From assembly GCA_963745025.1 (NCBI GenBank), contig CAVUWD010000016.1:960001-1024000 (forward strand): a DNA stretch of 64,000 bases, in the 5' to 3' direction. Source of the stretch: an uncultured delta proteobacterium. GTDB lineage: Bacteria; Desulfobacterota; Binatia; JACPRU01. The notes under the pieces were generated by a model. That model was not told where the DNA came from. It was given only the letters and a program-made list of their open reading frames with translations, and searched no databases. This document shows positions 1-10,396 of this stretch, piece after piece (position 1 is the stretch's first letter; each line of letters opens with the position of its first letter). The position numbers were made by a program, and so were the translations under genes.

Positions 1-98
1 GCATCCTGCGACGACACGACGCTCGAGCGCAGATCACGCCCGGCCAGCACCGCCGCGGCCGTGTCGTCGCACGAGGTCTCGAGGCCGAGGATGATCAT
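1..98 (-). CDS. tsaD: tRNA N6-adenosine threonylcarbamoyltransferase TsaD, 5' fragment (runs off window)
   Basis: Manual translation from ATG at 98 gives MIILGLETSCDDTAAAVLAG..., the TsaD/Kae1 N-terminal LG(I/L)ETSCD(D/E)T signature. Confidence 0.9.
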   Translation of the reverse strand, partial: MIILGLETSCDDTAAAVLAGRDLRSSVVSSQD

Positions 99-106
99 GG
101 GAATCA

Positions 107-168
107 GGCTACGGGCTACGGGCCACGTGGGGAAGAGGCTCGCCTGCCGGTAGCGGGTAGCCGGGAGC
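107..168. repeat. Heptamer-arm palindrome E1 (overlaps mrcB 3' end)
   Basis: ggctacg-ggctacg-ggccacg ... ggtagcg-ggtagcc-gggagc inverted arms. Confidence 0.6.
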
Positions 169-2460
169 AGGCAGCCCGGTCTCCGGGTGCAGCGGACAGG
201 GTTCCGTCGGCGCCTCGCTGTCGAAAAACGACTCGTCGAAGCGCTCGGGGCAGCGCGTGGTGGCGAGCGCGCCGCTCGCCGGGTCGATCGTCACCGTCTG
301 GATACCGGGCGGAACCAAAAACGACGTACCCGGTAGCCCCACCGTGGCGGCCCTCATGAAGTCGATCCATATCGGAAGCGCCGCCTGCGCTCCAGAAAGC
401 CCGACCACATCGTTGCGATCGAACCCGACCCAAACGACGACCAGCAAATCCGGCGTGAAGCCGACGAACCACGCGTCGCGCCCTTCGTTGGTGGTGCCGG
501 TCTTCCCGGCAGCCGGAAATTCGATCCCTGCTGTACGAGCCAGCTTCGCCGTTCCACGATCGAAGACGCCTTGCATCAGATTCGTCACCAGATACGCGAC
601 TCGCGGCGATACGGCCTGCGAGGCTCCCAAGCTCGCGCGGGTGATCGGATTGCCCTCGCCGTCAAGCACGGCACGGATCGCGCTCGTTTCGGCGCGAAAT
701 CCGAGGTTGGCGATCGTCGCGAATGCCTGTGCGACCTCGTAGACGGTCACCTCCACACCGCCGAGCACCATTGCCGGTACTTTGGGCAGGCCTTCCGGCA
801 AACCGAGCCGAACGGCAACCTCGTGGATGTGGTCGAGCCCGACCTCTTGGGCTATTCTCGCTGTCGCGGAGTTGAGCGAAAGCTCCAGCGCCTGCCGCAG
901 CGTGACGTCGCCATGGTACTCGCCCTTGTAGTTCTCGGGGGACCAGCTCCGCCCGTCGTAGGTCCAGGTGAACGGGGTGTCCGCGATCCTCCGCGTCGGC
1001 AAGAACTGCCGACCGCCCTTCTCCTCCTCCTCCAAGGCGGCGAGGAACACAATCGGCTTGAACACCGACCCCGGCTGGCGCTCCGCATCGGTGACGCGGT
1101 TGAACTGGCTCCGCGCATAGGAGCGTCCACCGACCATCGCCTTGATCTCGCCCGTACGCGGCTGGATCGCCAACAGCGCCGCCTCGAGCGGCTCTGGCTT
1201 CTTGGTGAGCGCCGGATGGCGCTTCTCGAGCGCCGTGAGCCCGTTCGCCACCGCCCGCTCGCCCTCGCGCTGCAGCGAAGGATCGAGTGTGGTGAAGATG
1301 CGGAAGCCCTCGCTCGTCAGCGTGTTCAGCGGATATTGCTCCTCGATTTCGCCGCGAACGTAGTCGACGAAGTAGGGCGCGCCGGTCGACGCCGTCGACG
1401 CCGCGCGTTCCGGCAGTGGCCCATCGAGCGCCTGGTGGTATTCCTCCGTCGTGATGTCTCCGTTCTCGAGAAGCGCCCGCAGCACTTCATCGCGTCGACG
1501 TTTGGCCGGCTCGGGGTTCTTCGCTGGCGCCAGATGCCCCGGTGCACGGATGAGGCCGGCAAGCATCGCGGCCTCGCCGATCGATAGATCCCTCGGCTCC
1601 TTACCGAAGTAGAACTGGGCACCCTCCCAAACGCCGAATATGCCGCGCGAGCCTCGTTGCCCGAGATAGATCTCGTTCAGGTAAGTCTCGAGGATCTCCA
1701 CCTTGCTGTAATGAAACTCCACCAGCAGCGCCATCACCGCTTCGGTGACCTTGCGCTCCATCGTGCGCGACCCCGTGAGGAAAAAGTTCTTGACGAGCTG
1801 CTGGGTGAGCGTGCTGCCCCCCTGCACCACCCGCCCCTGCCGAAGATTGGTATAGAGCGCGCGGAATACGCCGCGCACATCGATGCCGTGATGCTCGAAG
1901 AACCGCCTGTCCTCTGCGGCGAGCACGGCCTGAACGAGGAGCTTCGATACCTCGTTGATCTTCACCACGCGGCGCTCTTCGGCGGCCTGATCGTAGATGC
2001 CTGCCAAGATCTCAGGCTCGAACTCGAGCGAGTCGATGGCCTGGCCGGTATCGAGCCGGGTGATGGCGGACACGCTCTGCCCGGCGATTTCGAGCCGCGC
2101 GGGAAAACCCGGAAACGGCCGGCTCGGGTAGCTGAAGTTCCGCAGGAACACCTCCAGTCGACGCTCGGCGGGCTGATAGCGGTACTCCCCCGCGTGCGCG
2201 ACCTCTCCGTCGACGCGGCGGTAGTCGAGGCGGCCCAGGCGCTCAACCAAATTCAGCGGCGAGATCTCGCTTCCCGCGTAGACCGTGAACGAATCGGAGT
2301 AGATCTTGGAGGGGATTTCCCAGCGCCGGCCAGAAAAGCGCTCGACCAGCTCGTGATCGAGCCGGCGCAAAGTGTGGAAGGCCCACCATCCGGCGGCTGC
2401 CGCGCCGATGAGCAGCACGACCGCCGCGGCGAGGAGCCAGCGGATTCGTCGCGAACTCAG
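109..2460 (-). CDS. mrcB: Penicillin-binding protein 1B (bifunctional transglycosylase/transpeptidase)
   Basis: EDRRFFEHHG, QGGSTLTQQLVKN and RKVTE transglycosylase motifs, UB2H-like region, SVFK, SLN and KTGT transpeptidase motifs. ORF track starts at 2418; frame stays open to CTG 2460, so the start is uncertain. Confidence 0.88.
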   Translation of the reverse strand: MSSRRIRWLLAAAVVLLIGAAAAGWWAFHTLRRLDHELVERFSGRRWEIPSKIYSDSFTVYAGSEISPLNLVERLGRLDYRRVDGEVAHAGEYRYQPAERRLEVFLRNFSYPSRPFPGFPARLEIAGQSVSAITRLDTGQAIDSLEFEPEILAGIYDQAAEERRVVKINEVSKLLVQAVLAAEDRRFFEHHGIDVRGVFRALYTNLRQGRVVQGGSTLTQQLVKNFFLTGSRTMERKVTEAVMALLVEFHYSKVEILETYLNEIYLGQRGSRGIFGVWEGAQFYFGKEPRDLSIGEAAMLAGLIRAPGHLAPAKNPEPAKRRRDEVLRALLENGDITTEEYHQALDGPLPERAASTASTGAPYFVDYVRGEIEEQYPLNTLTSEGFRIFTTLDPSLQREGERAVANGLTALEKRHPALTKKPEPLEAALLAIQPRTGEIKAMVGGRSYARSQFNRVTDAERQPGSVFKPIVFLAALEEEEKGGRQFLPTRRIADTPFTWTYDGRSWSPENYKGEYHGDVTLRQALELSLNSATARIAQEVGLDHIHEVAVRLGLPEGLPKVPAMVLGGVEVTVYEVAQAFATIANLGFRAETSAIRAVLDGEGNPITRASLGASQAVSPRVAYLVTNLMQGVFDRGTAKLARTAGIEFPAAGKTGTTNEGRDAWFVGFTPDLLVVVWVGFDRNDVVGLSGAQAALPIWIDFMRAATVGLPGTSFLVPPGIQTVTIDPASGALATTRCPERFDESFFDSEAPTEPCPLHPETGLPAPGYPLPAGEPLPHVARSP

Positions 2461-2508
2461 AGCTTCGGCATCCTACGGGATGAGTTCTTGGCTCTGACGT
2501 CGTGTGCG

Positions 2509-4005
2509 CTACGACTTGTCCCGCCTCAACGCCAAGAAGATCGTACTGTCACCGCGCTTGATGAGAAGCAGCAGGCTCTTGCCCTTCTCCGGGCTCTTCA
2601 AGGCGGCACGGAACGCGGCGGCATCCTTCACGACCTTGCGGTTGACTTCGAGGATGATGTCACCCCGACGCAACTGTGCGTCGTCCGCCGCGCTTCCCGG
2701 TGTGACCGTGGATACGACGACGCCCTTGGTCGCCGAGTCGAGACCGAGGGATTCGGCGATCTCGGGCGTGACGTTCTGCACCGCAAGACCGAGGTCCTCG
2801 CTCTCGCTCTGGGCGCTCGCGACCTCGACCTCCTCGTCCTTCAGCTCCTGCACCTTGACGTCGAGGATGCTCTCGGAGCTGCCCCGCAGGACCTTGACCT
2901 TCACGACCTTGCCGACGGGGGTGCGGGCGACGAGCAACGGTAGATCGGCGGAATCCTTCACCGCCGCCCCATTGAAGTCGACGATCACGTCACCGACCTG
3001 AATCCCCGCTTCCTTCGCCGGCCCCTCCTTCATGACGTCCGCTACCAGCGCTCCGTAGGAGTCCTTCAATCCGAGGGATTCGGCGATCTCGGGCGTGACC
3101 TTCTGGATCAGCACCCCGAGCCAGCCCCGCGTGACACGGCCCTTCTGCTCGAGCTCGGGGAGCAGGTCCTTGGCGATGTTGATCGGGCTTGCGAAGCCGA
3201 TGCCGATGTTTCCGCCACTGCGGCTGTAGATCGCGCTGTTGATGCCGACCACCTCGCCGTGAAGGTTGATCAGCGGGCCGCCGGAGTTTCCTGGATTGAT
3301 GGACGCGTCGGTCTGGATGAAGCTGTCGTATGGTCCGGCGCCGATGTGGCGGCCCTTGGCGCTGACGATCCCGGCGGTCACGGTGTTCTCGAGACCAAAG
3401 GGATTGCCGATCGCCATCACCCACTCGCCGACCTCGAGCTTGTCCGAGTCACCCAGAGCCACGGGATTCACCGCCGGCGCCTTGTCGATGCGGATGACTG
3501 CGATGTCGGTCTTCTTGTCCCGACCGAGCAGCTTGGCCTTGTGCTCGCTGCCGTCCGAAAGCTTGACGACGATCTCGTCGGCATCCTCGATCACGTGGTT
3601 GTTGGTGAGGATGAGTCCCTGCGTGTCGATCACGAAGCCCGATCCGGAGCTCTTCTGCTTGAACGGCCGGTGCGGCATTTGCCCTGGGCCGAAGAAGCGT
3701 CCGAAGGGCTCCCCAAACTCGTGAAACGGGTCATCGGGACTGCCGCTAGGGCCTCCCGGGCCGCGGTGAATTCCGCCCTCGTTGGCGGTCGTCGTCGTCG
3801 AGATGTTCACCACAGCCGCGAAGTTCCGCTTGGCGAGATCGACGAAGTTCGGCAGCGTCACCCCGGTCGTCGGCTCCGCGCTCTTCGGCGCCGCTGGCTT
3901 CTCCTCGTCCGTGCCGAAGAGATTGATCGCCCACACCGGGCTCGATAGACCCAGCATGAGACTCGCCGCCAGGGCGGTGCCCCACCCGGCCTGCCAATTC
4001 CTCAC
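2509..4005 (-). CDS. degP: DegP/HtrA (Do family) periplasmic serine protease with two PDZ domains
   Basis: SGSGFVI, TNNHV, DIAV, DASINPGNSGGPL; signal peptide; GGAGG upstream of GTG 4005. Confidence 0.9.
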   Translation of the reverse strand: MRNWQAGWGTALAASLMLGLSSPVWAINLFGTDEEKPAAPKSAEPTTGVTLPNFVDLAKRNFAAVVNISTTTTANEGGIHRGPGGPSGSPDDPFHEFGEPFGRFFGPGQMPHRPFKQKSSGSGFVIDTQGLILTNNHVIEDADEIVVKLSDGSEHKAKLLGRDKKTDIAVIRIDKAPAVNPVALGDSDKLEVGEWVMAIGNPFGLENTVTAGIVSAKGRHIGAGPYDSFIQTDASINPGNSGGPLINLHGEVVGINSAIYSRSGGNIGIGFASPINIAKDLLPELEQKGRVTRGWLGVLIQKVTPEIAESLGLKDSYGALVADVMKEGPAKEAGIQVGDVIVDFNGAAVKDSADLPLLVARTPVGKVVKVKVLRGSSESILDVKVQELKDEEVEVASAQSESEDLGLAVQNVTPEIAESLGLDSATKGVVVSTVTPGSAADDAQLRRGDIILEVNRKVVKDAAAFRAALKSPEKGKSLLLLIKRGDSTIFLALRRDKS

Positions 4006-4030
4006 TTGCCCGCCCTCCGCGCGGTCCTCG

Positions 4031-4468
4031 TCACTTGCGAGCCTTCTCGACGAAGCGCATTCGCAGATCGAAGAGGACCTTCTCGAACAAGCGGGCTTCC
4101 GCAGCATCGAGATTGCCGCGCGTCTTTTCCTGCAACATGGCGATGATGTCGATGAGCTCCCGTACGGCTCCGAGGTCGGCCTCGGGTGTGCCGGTGACCG
4201 GATTCGGAATCTCGCCGAGACACATCAGCGCCTGGGTGCTGAGGCTCACGAGAAACGTGCTGAGCGTGATCTCCGCGGCCTCGTGATCGGGGATTTCCGA
4301 CGGAGGTCGGCCAATTTCGCGGCGCTCGGCGTCTTCTGCCCGTGGCAGCGCGGCGGCAGGCTCGGCCGACTCCTCTCGTCCGGCCTCGTCGCGCGCTTCG
4401 CCGGTCTCGGTGAAGCGGCGTCGATCCTTGACCTGGAAGCCCTTTGGCTGCTCGCTCTCGTCGACCAT
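4031..4468 (-). CDS. DUF1844 family protein
   Basis: FQVKDRRRF N-terminus; LGEIPNP...IDIIAMLQEKTRGNL...LFDLRMRFV. Confidence 0.8.
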   Translation of the reverse strand: MVDESEQPKGFQVKDRRRFTETGEARDEAGREESAEPAAALPRAEDAERREIGRPPSEIPDHEAAEITLSTFLVSLSTQALMCLGEIPNPVTGTPEADLGAVRELIDIIAMLQEKTRGNLDAAEARLFEKVLFDLRMRFVEKARK

Positions 4469-4485
4469 CGCTTCGCCGATTCCGC

Positions 4486-5343
4486 TCAGGCCAACCCGAG
4501 CCGCATCTCTCGCAGGCGTCGGATCCGGTCTTCGATCGGCGGATGCGTGCTGAAGAGGTTCGCCAGGGAGCGACCCGAGAGCGGGTTGACGATGAAGAGG
4601 TGCGCGGTCTGCGGGCTCGCCGCCAGCGGGATCCGGCCCGACTGGATGGCGAGCTTCTCGAGCGCAGAAGCCAGGGCCTCGGGATTTCCGCAGAGCCGCG
4701 CGCCGCTGTCGTCAGCGCCGTATTCGCGCGCGCGCGACACGGCGAGCTGGATCACCATCGCCGCGATCGGCGCCAAGATCGCCATCAGGATCAGCGCGAG
4801 GCCACTTCCGCGATCCTCACGATCGTCGCGGCTCACGCCGCCGAACATCGCGCTCCATTGCGCCATGCGCGCCAGCATCATCACCGCGCCGGCGAGCGTC
4901 GCGGCGATCGAGCTGATGAGGATGTCGCGGTTGAAGACGTGACCGAGCTCGTGCGCCAGCACACCCTCGAGCTCCTCCCAGCTGAGCAGGCGCAGAATGC
5001 CGTCGGTCACTGCGACGACGGCGTGCTGCGGATTTCGCCCGGTTGCGAACGCGTTCGGCGAATCGGTGGGAATCCGGTAGATGCGCGGCGTCGGCACGTT
5101 CGCCTTCTGCGACAGCCGGCGAACGATCTGGTAGAGCTCCGGCGCCTCGCTCTCGGCAATCGGCTGCGCGCCGTAGCTCATCAGCACGATCTTGTCGGAG
5201 AACCAATAACTGCCGAGGTTCATGACCGCGGCGATCACGAAGGCCACCTTCACACCCTGCGAACCGCCGAGGAGATCGCCGAAGAGCAGAATAAGAGCCG
5301 TCAGGCTCGCGAGCAGGAGCGTGGTTTTGAGCGCGGAAGACAT
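4486..5343 (-). CDS. htpX: Zinc metalloprotease HtpX (M48)
   Basis: [31 protein letters not shown]. Confidence 0.93.
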   Translation of the reverse strand: MSSALKTTLLLASLTALILLFGDLLGGSQGVKVAFVIAAVMNLGSYWFSDKIVLMSYGAQPIAESEAPELYQIVRRLSQKANVPTPRIYRIPTDSPNAFATGRNPQHAVVAVTDGILRLLSWEELEGVLAHELGHVFNRDILISSIAATLAGAVMMLARMAQWSAMFGGVSRDDREDRGSGLALILMAILAPIAAMVIQLAVSRAREYGADDSGARLCGNPEALASALEKLAIQSGRIPLAASPQTAHLFIVNPLSGRSLANLFSTHPPIEDRIRRLREMRLGLA

Positions 5344-5438
5344 TAGCGTTAGGGACGCTTGCGACTCGTCCAACCCCGCCTCTCCAGATGCGCCGCAATC
5401 TTGCGCATCGACCAATCAGAAACGTCCAATTATTTTAA

Positions 5439-5467
5439 AAGCTAATGGCGGGGTCCTACCTTGTCAA
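5439..5467 (-). promoter_or_regulatory. Sigma70-type promoter for htpX operon
   Basis: TTGACA-17 nt-TAGCTT followed by an AT-rich stretch. Confidence 0.7.
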
Positions 5468-6411
5468 GGCAAGTCGGCGGCGTGTGCGAGTGCGTGATCG
5501 ACCGTGTCGACCGCGGCTGCGGGCGCTCCTTCCTCGCAACCGTGCCACGGCGTGATGGAAAGCGCAGCGATCCGTCGCGACAGCGGCCGCCAGGATTGCG
5601 GGTCCGTCGGGCCGAAGAGGGCCACGCCGCGTGCTCCCACTGCACCTGCTAGATGGCTCACCCCGGAATCGTTTCCGAGGTAGACGTCGCACGTGGCGAG
5701 TAGCGCCGCGACGGCGACGAGATCCAATCCGACGACGACACGGATTCCCAGCCGCCGCCATTCGCCGGCTTCGGCCTCCTCCGCCGGCCCTAGAAGGATC
5801 GCGACACCCTGACCGCGCCTGGCGAAGCGACGAGCGATCTCGCCGAAGCCGGCGCGAGACCAACGCTTGGCTCGACCGCCGCTTCCGGGATGAATGACGA
5901 GCAGTGGGCGGCTCTCGCTCGCCAAGCTCGGAGTGTGCGCAGCGGCGACCTCCGCGGGCAGCGAGAGCCGCGGCTCTGGAACCTCGAGCCAGTCTTCCTC
6001 GGGGGCGACGCAGCGAAGGAAATGCCGAGCGAGATGCATCGGCTCGAACGGACGAAACGGATGCACTCGCCCGCGAGCCCCTTGCCAGCGAGCGAGGTTG
6101 CACTCCACTTCCGGCACATCCTTGCCGGTGAACGATTCGATCGAAGCGAAGCCGCCGAAGCACGCGTCCGCCTCCGCCGGCGGCGCGGGCGAGAACAGCC
6201 AACTCGCGCGCCGATCTTCGATCGGCTCCGCATCGGCGATGCCCGTGGCGCGCACGAGCGGAGCGAGATCGACCTTGCAGACTAGAGTCGGAGGACGAGA
6301 GTGGCGCGCACGGATCTCTTCGAGTGCCGGAAGCAGACACACGAAATCACCGAGCGCTCCGGGAAACACCACGAGCGGGCCGAGCGGGGACGTTGCTTCG
6401 CGTAGTCGCAC
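5464..6411 (-). CDS. Glycosyltransferase family 9 (heptosyltransferase-like)
   Basis: GALGDF, HPGSGGRAKRW, YLGNDSGVSHLAGAVG, ALFGPT. Confidence 0.85.
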   Translation of the reverse strand: MRLREATSPLGPLVVFPGALGDFVCLLPALEEIRARHSRPPTLVCKVDLAPLVRATGIADAEPIEDRRASWLFSPAPPAEADACFGGFASIESFTGKDVPEVECNLARWQGARGRVHPFRPFEPMHLARHFLRCVAPEEDWLEVPEPRLSLPAEVAAAHTPSLASESRPLLVIHPGSGGRAKRWSRAGFGEIARRFARRGQGVAILLGPAEEAEAGEWRRLGIRVVVGLDLVAVAALLATCDVYLGNDSGVSHLAGAVGARGVALFGPTDPQSWRPLSRRIAALSITPWHGCEEGAPAAAVDTVDHALAHAADLP

Positions 6412-6477
6412 TTCTCTCGATGATTGACGCACATCTGCGAGCAAAGCGCGACTGCGCCACGCAACGTCCTCGAAAGT

Positions 6478-6506
6478 TTGACACCCTGGAATCACGCCGA
6501 TATCAT
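6478..6506 (+). promoter_or_regulatory. Sigma70-type promoter for cysK-larE
   Basis: TTGACA (6478-6483)-17 nt-TATCAT (6501-6506). Confidence 0.75.
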
Positions 6507-6537
6507 CGCGCCCAGCGCGTCCACCCGTCTCCCGCTG

Positions 6538-7476
6538 ATGCCCACTCCCTGCCAGGTCGCCCGAACGCCTCTCGATCTCGTCGGGTCGACGCCGGTGGTT
6601 CGACTGCGGCGGATCCCGAACCCCGAGCACGCCGAGATCTGGGCCAAGGTCGAGGCGATGAATCCCGGCGGCTCCGTCAAAGACCGCATTTGCCTCAACA
6701 TGATCGAGGCCGCCGAGCGCGAAGGTCGTCTCAAGCCCGGCGACACGATCATCGAGCCGACGAGCGGCAACACCGGAATCGGTCTCGCCCTAGTCTGCGC
6801 GGTGCGCGGTTACCGGCTGATCCTGACGATGCCCGACACGATGAGCGAGGAGCGCCGGAGCTTGCTCGCGGCGTACGGAGCCACGCTCATTCTCACGCCC
6901 GATACGCGCGGCATGCACGGAGCGATCCGCAAGGCCGAAGAAATCTTGACGGAGCATCCCAAGTACTTCATGCCGCAGCAGTTCGTGAATCCGGCCAATC
7001 CCGAAATGCATCGCCGCACGACCGCTCAGGAGATCCTCGAGCAGATGCCGCGTCTCGACGCCTTCGTGGCCGGCGTCGGCACGGGCGGCACCATCACCGG
7101 CGTCGGCGAGGTTCTGAAGCAAAAGCGGCCCGGCACGCGGATCGTCGCCGTGGAGCCTGCCGCCTCGCCGGTCATCTCCGGCGGCAAGCCTGGTTACCAC
7201 AAGATCCAAGGAATCGGCGCCGGCTTCGTCCCCGAGAACCTGAACCTCAAGATCGTCGACGAGGTGATCACCGTGACGGATGAAGACGCCGTGCGCGTCA
7301 CTCGCCGCTTGGCGCGCGAGGAAGGCATGTTACTCGGCATCTCTTCCGGCGCGAACTTCTGGGCGGCGCTCGATGTCGCCAAGCGGTTGGGACCGGGCAA
7401 GGTCGTGCTCACCGTCTTCTGTGATACCGGCGAGCGCTATCTCACTACCGAGGTGTTTCAAGCAGAAGGGATATGA
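6538..7476 (+). CDS. cysK: Cysteine synthase A
   Basis: [10 protein letters not shown] (PLP lysine), [29 protein letters not shown]. Confidence 0.93.
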   Translation: MPTPCQVARTPLDLVGSTPVVRLRRIPNPEHAEIWAKVEAMNPGGSVKDRICLNMIEAAEREGRLKPGDTIIEPTSGNTGIGLALVCAVRGYRLILTMPDTMSEERRSLLAAYGATLILTPDTRGMHGAIRKAEEILTEHPKYFMPQQFVNPANPEMHRRTTAQEILEQMPRLDAFVAGVGTGGTITGVGEVLKQKRPGTRIVAVEPAASPVISGGKPGYHKIQGIGAGFVPENLNLKIVDEVITVTDEDAVRVTRRLAREEGMLLGISSGANFWAALDVAKRLGPGKVVLTVFCDTGERYLTTEVFQAEGI

Positions 7477-8294
7477 GCACCCAGGACAAGTTCGCAGCGC
7501 TTCAGCGGTCGCTGCGCGAGATGGGTCGGGTGCTGGTCTGCTTCTCGGGAGGCGTCGACTCGAGCTTTCTCTTGCGCGTCGCACACGACGTTCTCGGTCG
7601 CGAAGCGATTGCCCTCACCACGGTCTCGCCAACGAATCCCGAGGAGGACACCGAGGAAGCCGTGGCCCTGGCGGCGGAGTTCGGCGTCGAGCACGTGATC
7701 CTCGAGGTCAACGAGCTCGAGATTCCCAACTATCGAGAGAACCCCGTCAACCGCTGTTACTTCTGCAAGTCCAATCTCTACGAGATCGCCACGGCCGAAG
7801 CGGCGCGCCGGACGGTTCCCTGGATCATCGACGGCGTGAACGCCGACGATCTCGGCGACTACCGCCCGGGGCTGAAAGCGGCCTCGGAACGTACCATTCG
7901 TCATCCGCTCGCCGATGTGGCGCTCACCAAGGCAGAGGTCCGCGAGCTCAGCCGGAGTCTCGGCCTGCGTACGTTTGATCGTCCCGCCAGCCCTTGCCTC
8001 TCCTCACGCTTCCCCTACGGCACGGCGATCACACTCGAGGCGCTCGAGCGCGTCGCCCGCGGCGAGAGGTGGCTCCGCGCCCGCGGCTTTCGCGAGTGCC
8101 GGGTGCGCTACTTCGGGCTGCGTGCGCGAATCGAAGTACCGCTCGCCAACATTGCCCGACTCGCCGCCGAACCGCTGCGCAGCGAAGTGGATGCGAGCTT
8201 TCGCCAGATCGGTTTCCATGAAGTCGAAATCGACCCGCGCGGGTTTCGAAGTGGAAGCTTGAACGCAGCGATCGCTTCGACCTCCAACAACTGA
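7473..8294 (+). CDS. larE: ATP-dependent sulfur transferase LarE family
   Basis: SGGVDS PP-loop, [34 protein letters not shown]; ATGA overlap with cysK. Confidence 0.88.
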   Translation: MSTQDKFAALQRSLREMGRVLVCFSGGVDSSFLLRVAHDVLGREAIALTTVSPTNPEEDTEEAVALAAEFGVEHVILEVNELEIPNYRENPVNRCYFCKSNLYEIATAEAARRTVPWIIDGVNADDLGDYRPGLKAASERTIRHPLADVALTKAEVRELSRSLGLRTFDRPASPCLSSRFPYGTAITLEALERVARGERWLRARGFRECRVRYFGLRARIEVPLANIARLAAEPLRSEVDASFRQIGFHEVEIDPRGFRSGSLNAAIASTSNN

Positions 8295-8302
8295 CGCCGC
8301 CC

Positions 8303-8324
8303 CTGGCGAATCACCGTTCGCCAG
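8303..8324. terminator. Hairpin between convergent larE and acs
   Basis: CTGGCGAA-6 nt-TTCGCCAG; no clear downstream U-tract. Confidence 0.35.
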
Positions 8325-8398
8325 CACGAAAAGAGCGTCTCGCCGCCGGGAGAGAATCTCGTTTGCATTCATCGACCGAGCCGCGACGTTAGCGCCCG

Positions 8399-10342
8399 TC
8401 AGACTTCCTTGTCCTCGTACTTGTCCTTCAAGCCGTGAACGACCGTGGCGTCGGCGAGCGTCGTCGTATCGCCGAGAGCGCGCCCCTCGGCCACGTCGCG
8501 AAGGAGGCGCCGCATGATCTTCCCGCTGCGCGTCTTCGGCAGCTCGGCCGCGAAGATGATGTCGTCGGGACGGGCGATTGCCCCGATTTTCTTGGCCACG
8601 TGCTCTTTCAGCTCCTTCATGAGCTCCGCGGTGCCCGGGCGACCCTCCTTCAAGGTCACGAACGCCGATATCGCCTGGCCTTTGACCTCGTGTGTCTTGC
8701 CGATCACCGCAGCCTCGGCCACCGCGGCGTGATCGACGAGCGCGCTCTCCACCTCGTAGGTACTGATGCGGTGCCCGGCGACGTTCATGACGTCGTCGAC
8801 GCGCCCGAGAAGCCAGAAGTCTCCGTCCCCGTCCCGCTTCGCTCCGTCCCCGGTGAAGTACATCCCGGGGAAGCGGCTCCAGTAGACCTCCTTGAAGCGC
8901 TCGGCGTCCTTGTAGAGCGTCCGCGCCATCGCCGGCCATGGCCTTTTCAGGATCAAATACCCGCTGTTCGCCGGCCTCCCCTTCTCGTCTACGATCTCTG
9001 CCTCGACACCCGGGAACGGACGCGTCGCCGAACCGGGCTTCAGCGTGGTGATCCCCGGCAGTGGCGTGATCAGGATCATGCCGGTCTCGGTCTGCCACCA
9101 CGTGTCGACGATCGGGCAACGGCGCCGGCCGATGTGGTCGTAGTACCAAATCCAGGCCTCGGGATTGATCGGCTCACCCACCGAGCCGAGCAGACGAAGC
9201 GAGGACAGATCTCGCTTGGCCGGCAGCTCGGTCCCCCATTTCATGAACGAGCGGATCGCCGTCGGCGCCATGTAGATGAGGCTCACCTTGTAGCGCTCGA
9301 CGATCTGCCACCAGCGGTCGCGCGCCGGATAGTCCGGAGTGCCCTCGTACATCACCGACGTCGCACCGCTCGAGAGCGGCCCATAGACGATGTAACTGTG
9401 GCCCGTCACCCAGCCGATGTCGGCCGCGCACCACCAGATGTCGCTCTCCCGCCAGTCGAAGATCCACTGGAACGTCGTCGTGACCCCGAGCAGGTAGCCC
9501 CCCGTGGTGTGCACGATCCCCTTCGGCTTCCCGGTCGTCCCGCTGGTGTAGAGGATGTAGAGCATGTCCTCGCTGTCCATCGCCTCGACGGGACACTCCG
9601 CGGACGCCCTCGCCATCGCCTCGTGCCACCAGAGGTCGCGGCCGCCCTGCATGTCGACCGTTCCGCCCGTCCGGCGCACCACGACGACGTGCTGGATCGA
9701 CGGCGTCTCGGCGACCGACTCGTCGGCGTTCTGCTTGAGCGGGACGATCGCTCCGCGCCGGTAGCCCCCGTCGGCGGTCACCAAGACCTTGGCCTCGGCA
9801 TCGAGGATGCGGTCGCGCAGCGCTTCGGAGCTGAAGCCTCCGAAGACCACGCCGTGAACCGCGCCGATGCGCGCGCAGGCGAGCATCGCGATCGGCAGCT
9901 CGGGGATCATCGGCAGGTAGATCGCGACGCGGTCCCCCTTCTTCACCCCGAGGCTCTTCAGGACATTGGCGAACTTCTGCACTTCGCGGTGGAGATCCGC
10001 GTAGGTGAGCACGCGCTCGTCGTCGTTCTCGCCGAGCCACAGGTAGGCCTTGCGATTGCCGTGCCCCGCGGCGACGTGGCGATCGAGGCAGTTCGCGGAC
10101 ACGTTCAACCTGCCGCCGCGAAACCAATTCGCCTGCGGCGGATTCCATTCGAGCGTCGTATCCCACTTGCGGATCCACTCGAGCTTCTCGGCGGCGAGCT
10201 TCCCCCAGAAGCCTTCGAGGTCGTTCGCTGCGTCGCGGTAGACCGCATCGTCCTGGATCGTCGCGCGTCGCCGGAAGTCGGCAAGCGGCGGAAACTTCCG
10301 CTGCTCGTCCAGCATCGCCTCGATCGTCTTCGGGTCGGCCAT
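8399..10342 (-). CDS. acs: Acetate--CoA ligase
   Basis: [43 protein letters not shown]. Confidence 0.95.
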   Translation of the reverse strand: MADPKTIEAMLDEQRKFPPLADFRRRATIQDDAVYRDAANDLEGFWGKLAAEKLEWIRKWDTTLEWNPPQANWFRGGRLNVSANCLDRHVAAGHGNRKAYLWLGENDDERVLTYADLHREVQKFANVLKSLGVKKGDRVAIYLPMIPELPIAMLACARIGAVHGVVFGGFSSEALRDRILDAEAKVLVTADGGYRRGAIVPLKQNADESVAETPSIQHVVVVRRTGGTVDMQGGRDLWWHEAMARASAECPVEAMDSEDMLYILYTSGTTGKPKGIVHTTGGYLLGVTTTFQWIFDWRESDIWWCAADIGWVTGHSYIVYGPLSSGATSVMYEGTPDYPARDRWWQIVERYKVSLIYMAPTAIRSFMKWGTELPAKRDLSSLRLLGSVGEPINPEAWIWYYDHIGRRRCPIVDTWWQTETGMILITPLPGITTLKPGSATRPFPGVEAEIVDEKGRPANSGYLILKRPWPAMARTLYKDAERFKEVYWSRFPGMYFTGDGAKRDGDGDFWLLGRVDDVMNVAGHRISTYEVESALVDHAAVAEAAVIGKTHEVKGQAISAFVTLKEGRPGTAELMKELKEHVAKKIGAIARPDDIIFAAELPKTRSGKIMRRLLRDVAEGRALGDTTTLADATVVHGLKDKYEDKEV

Positions 10343-10347
10343 GAATT

Positions 10348-10389
10348 CTCCCCTCGCTTGACCCTCTCCCCAACGGGGAGAGAGGGGAA
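10348..10389. repeat. REP-like palindrome (ccctctcccc-aac-ggggagagaggg) upstream of acs
   Basis: GC-rich inverted repeat; its flank (ttcccctc on minus strand) is complementary to the acs RBS GAGGGGAG. Confidence 0.55.
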
Positions 10390-10396
10390 TAGATGT

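Noticed and set aside
2744-3099. Exact 29-bp repeat in degP (2744-2772 and 3071-3099)
   Set aside because: Encodes VTPEIAESLG at the start of each PDZ domain; explained by domain duplication plus codon bias
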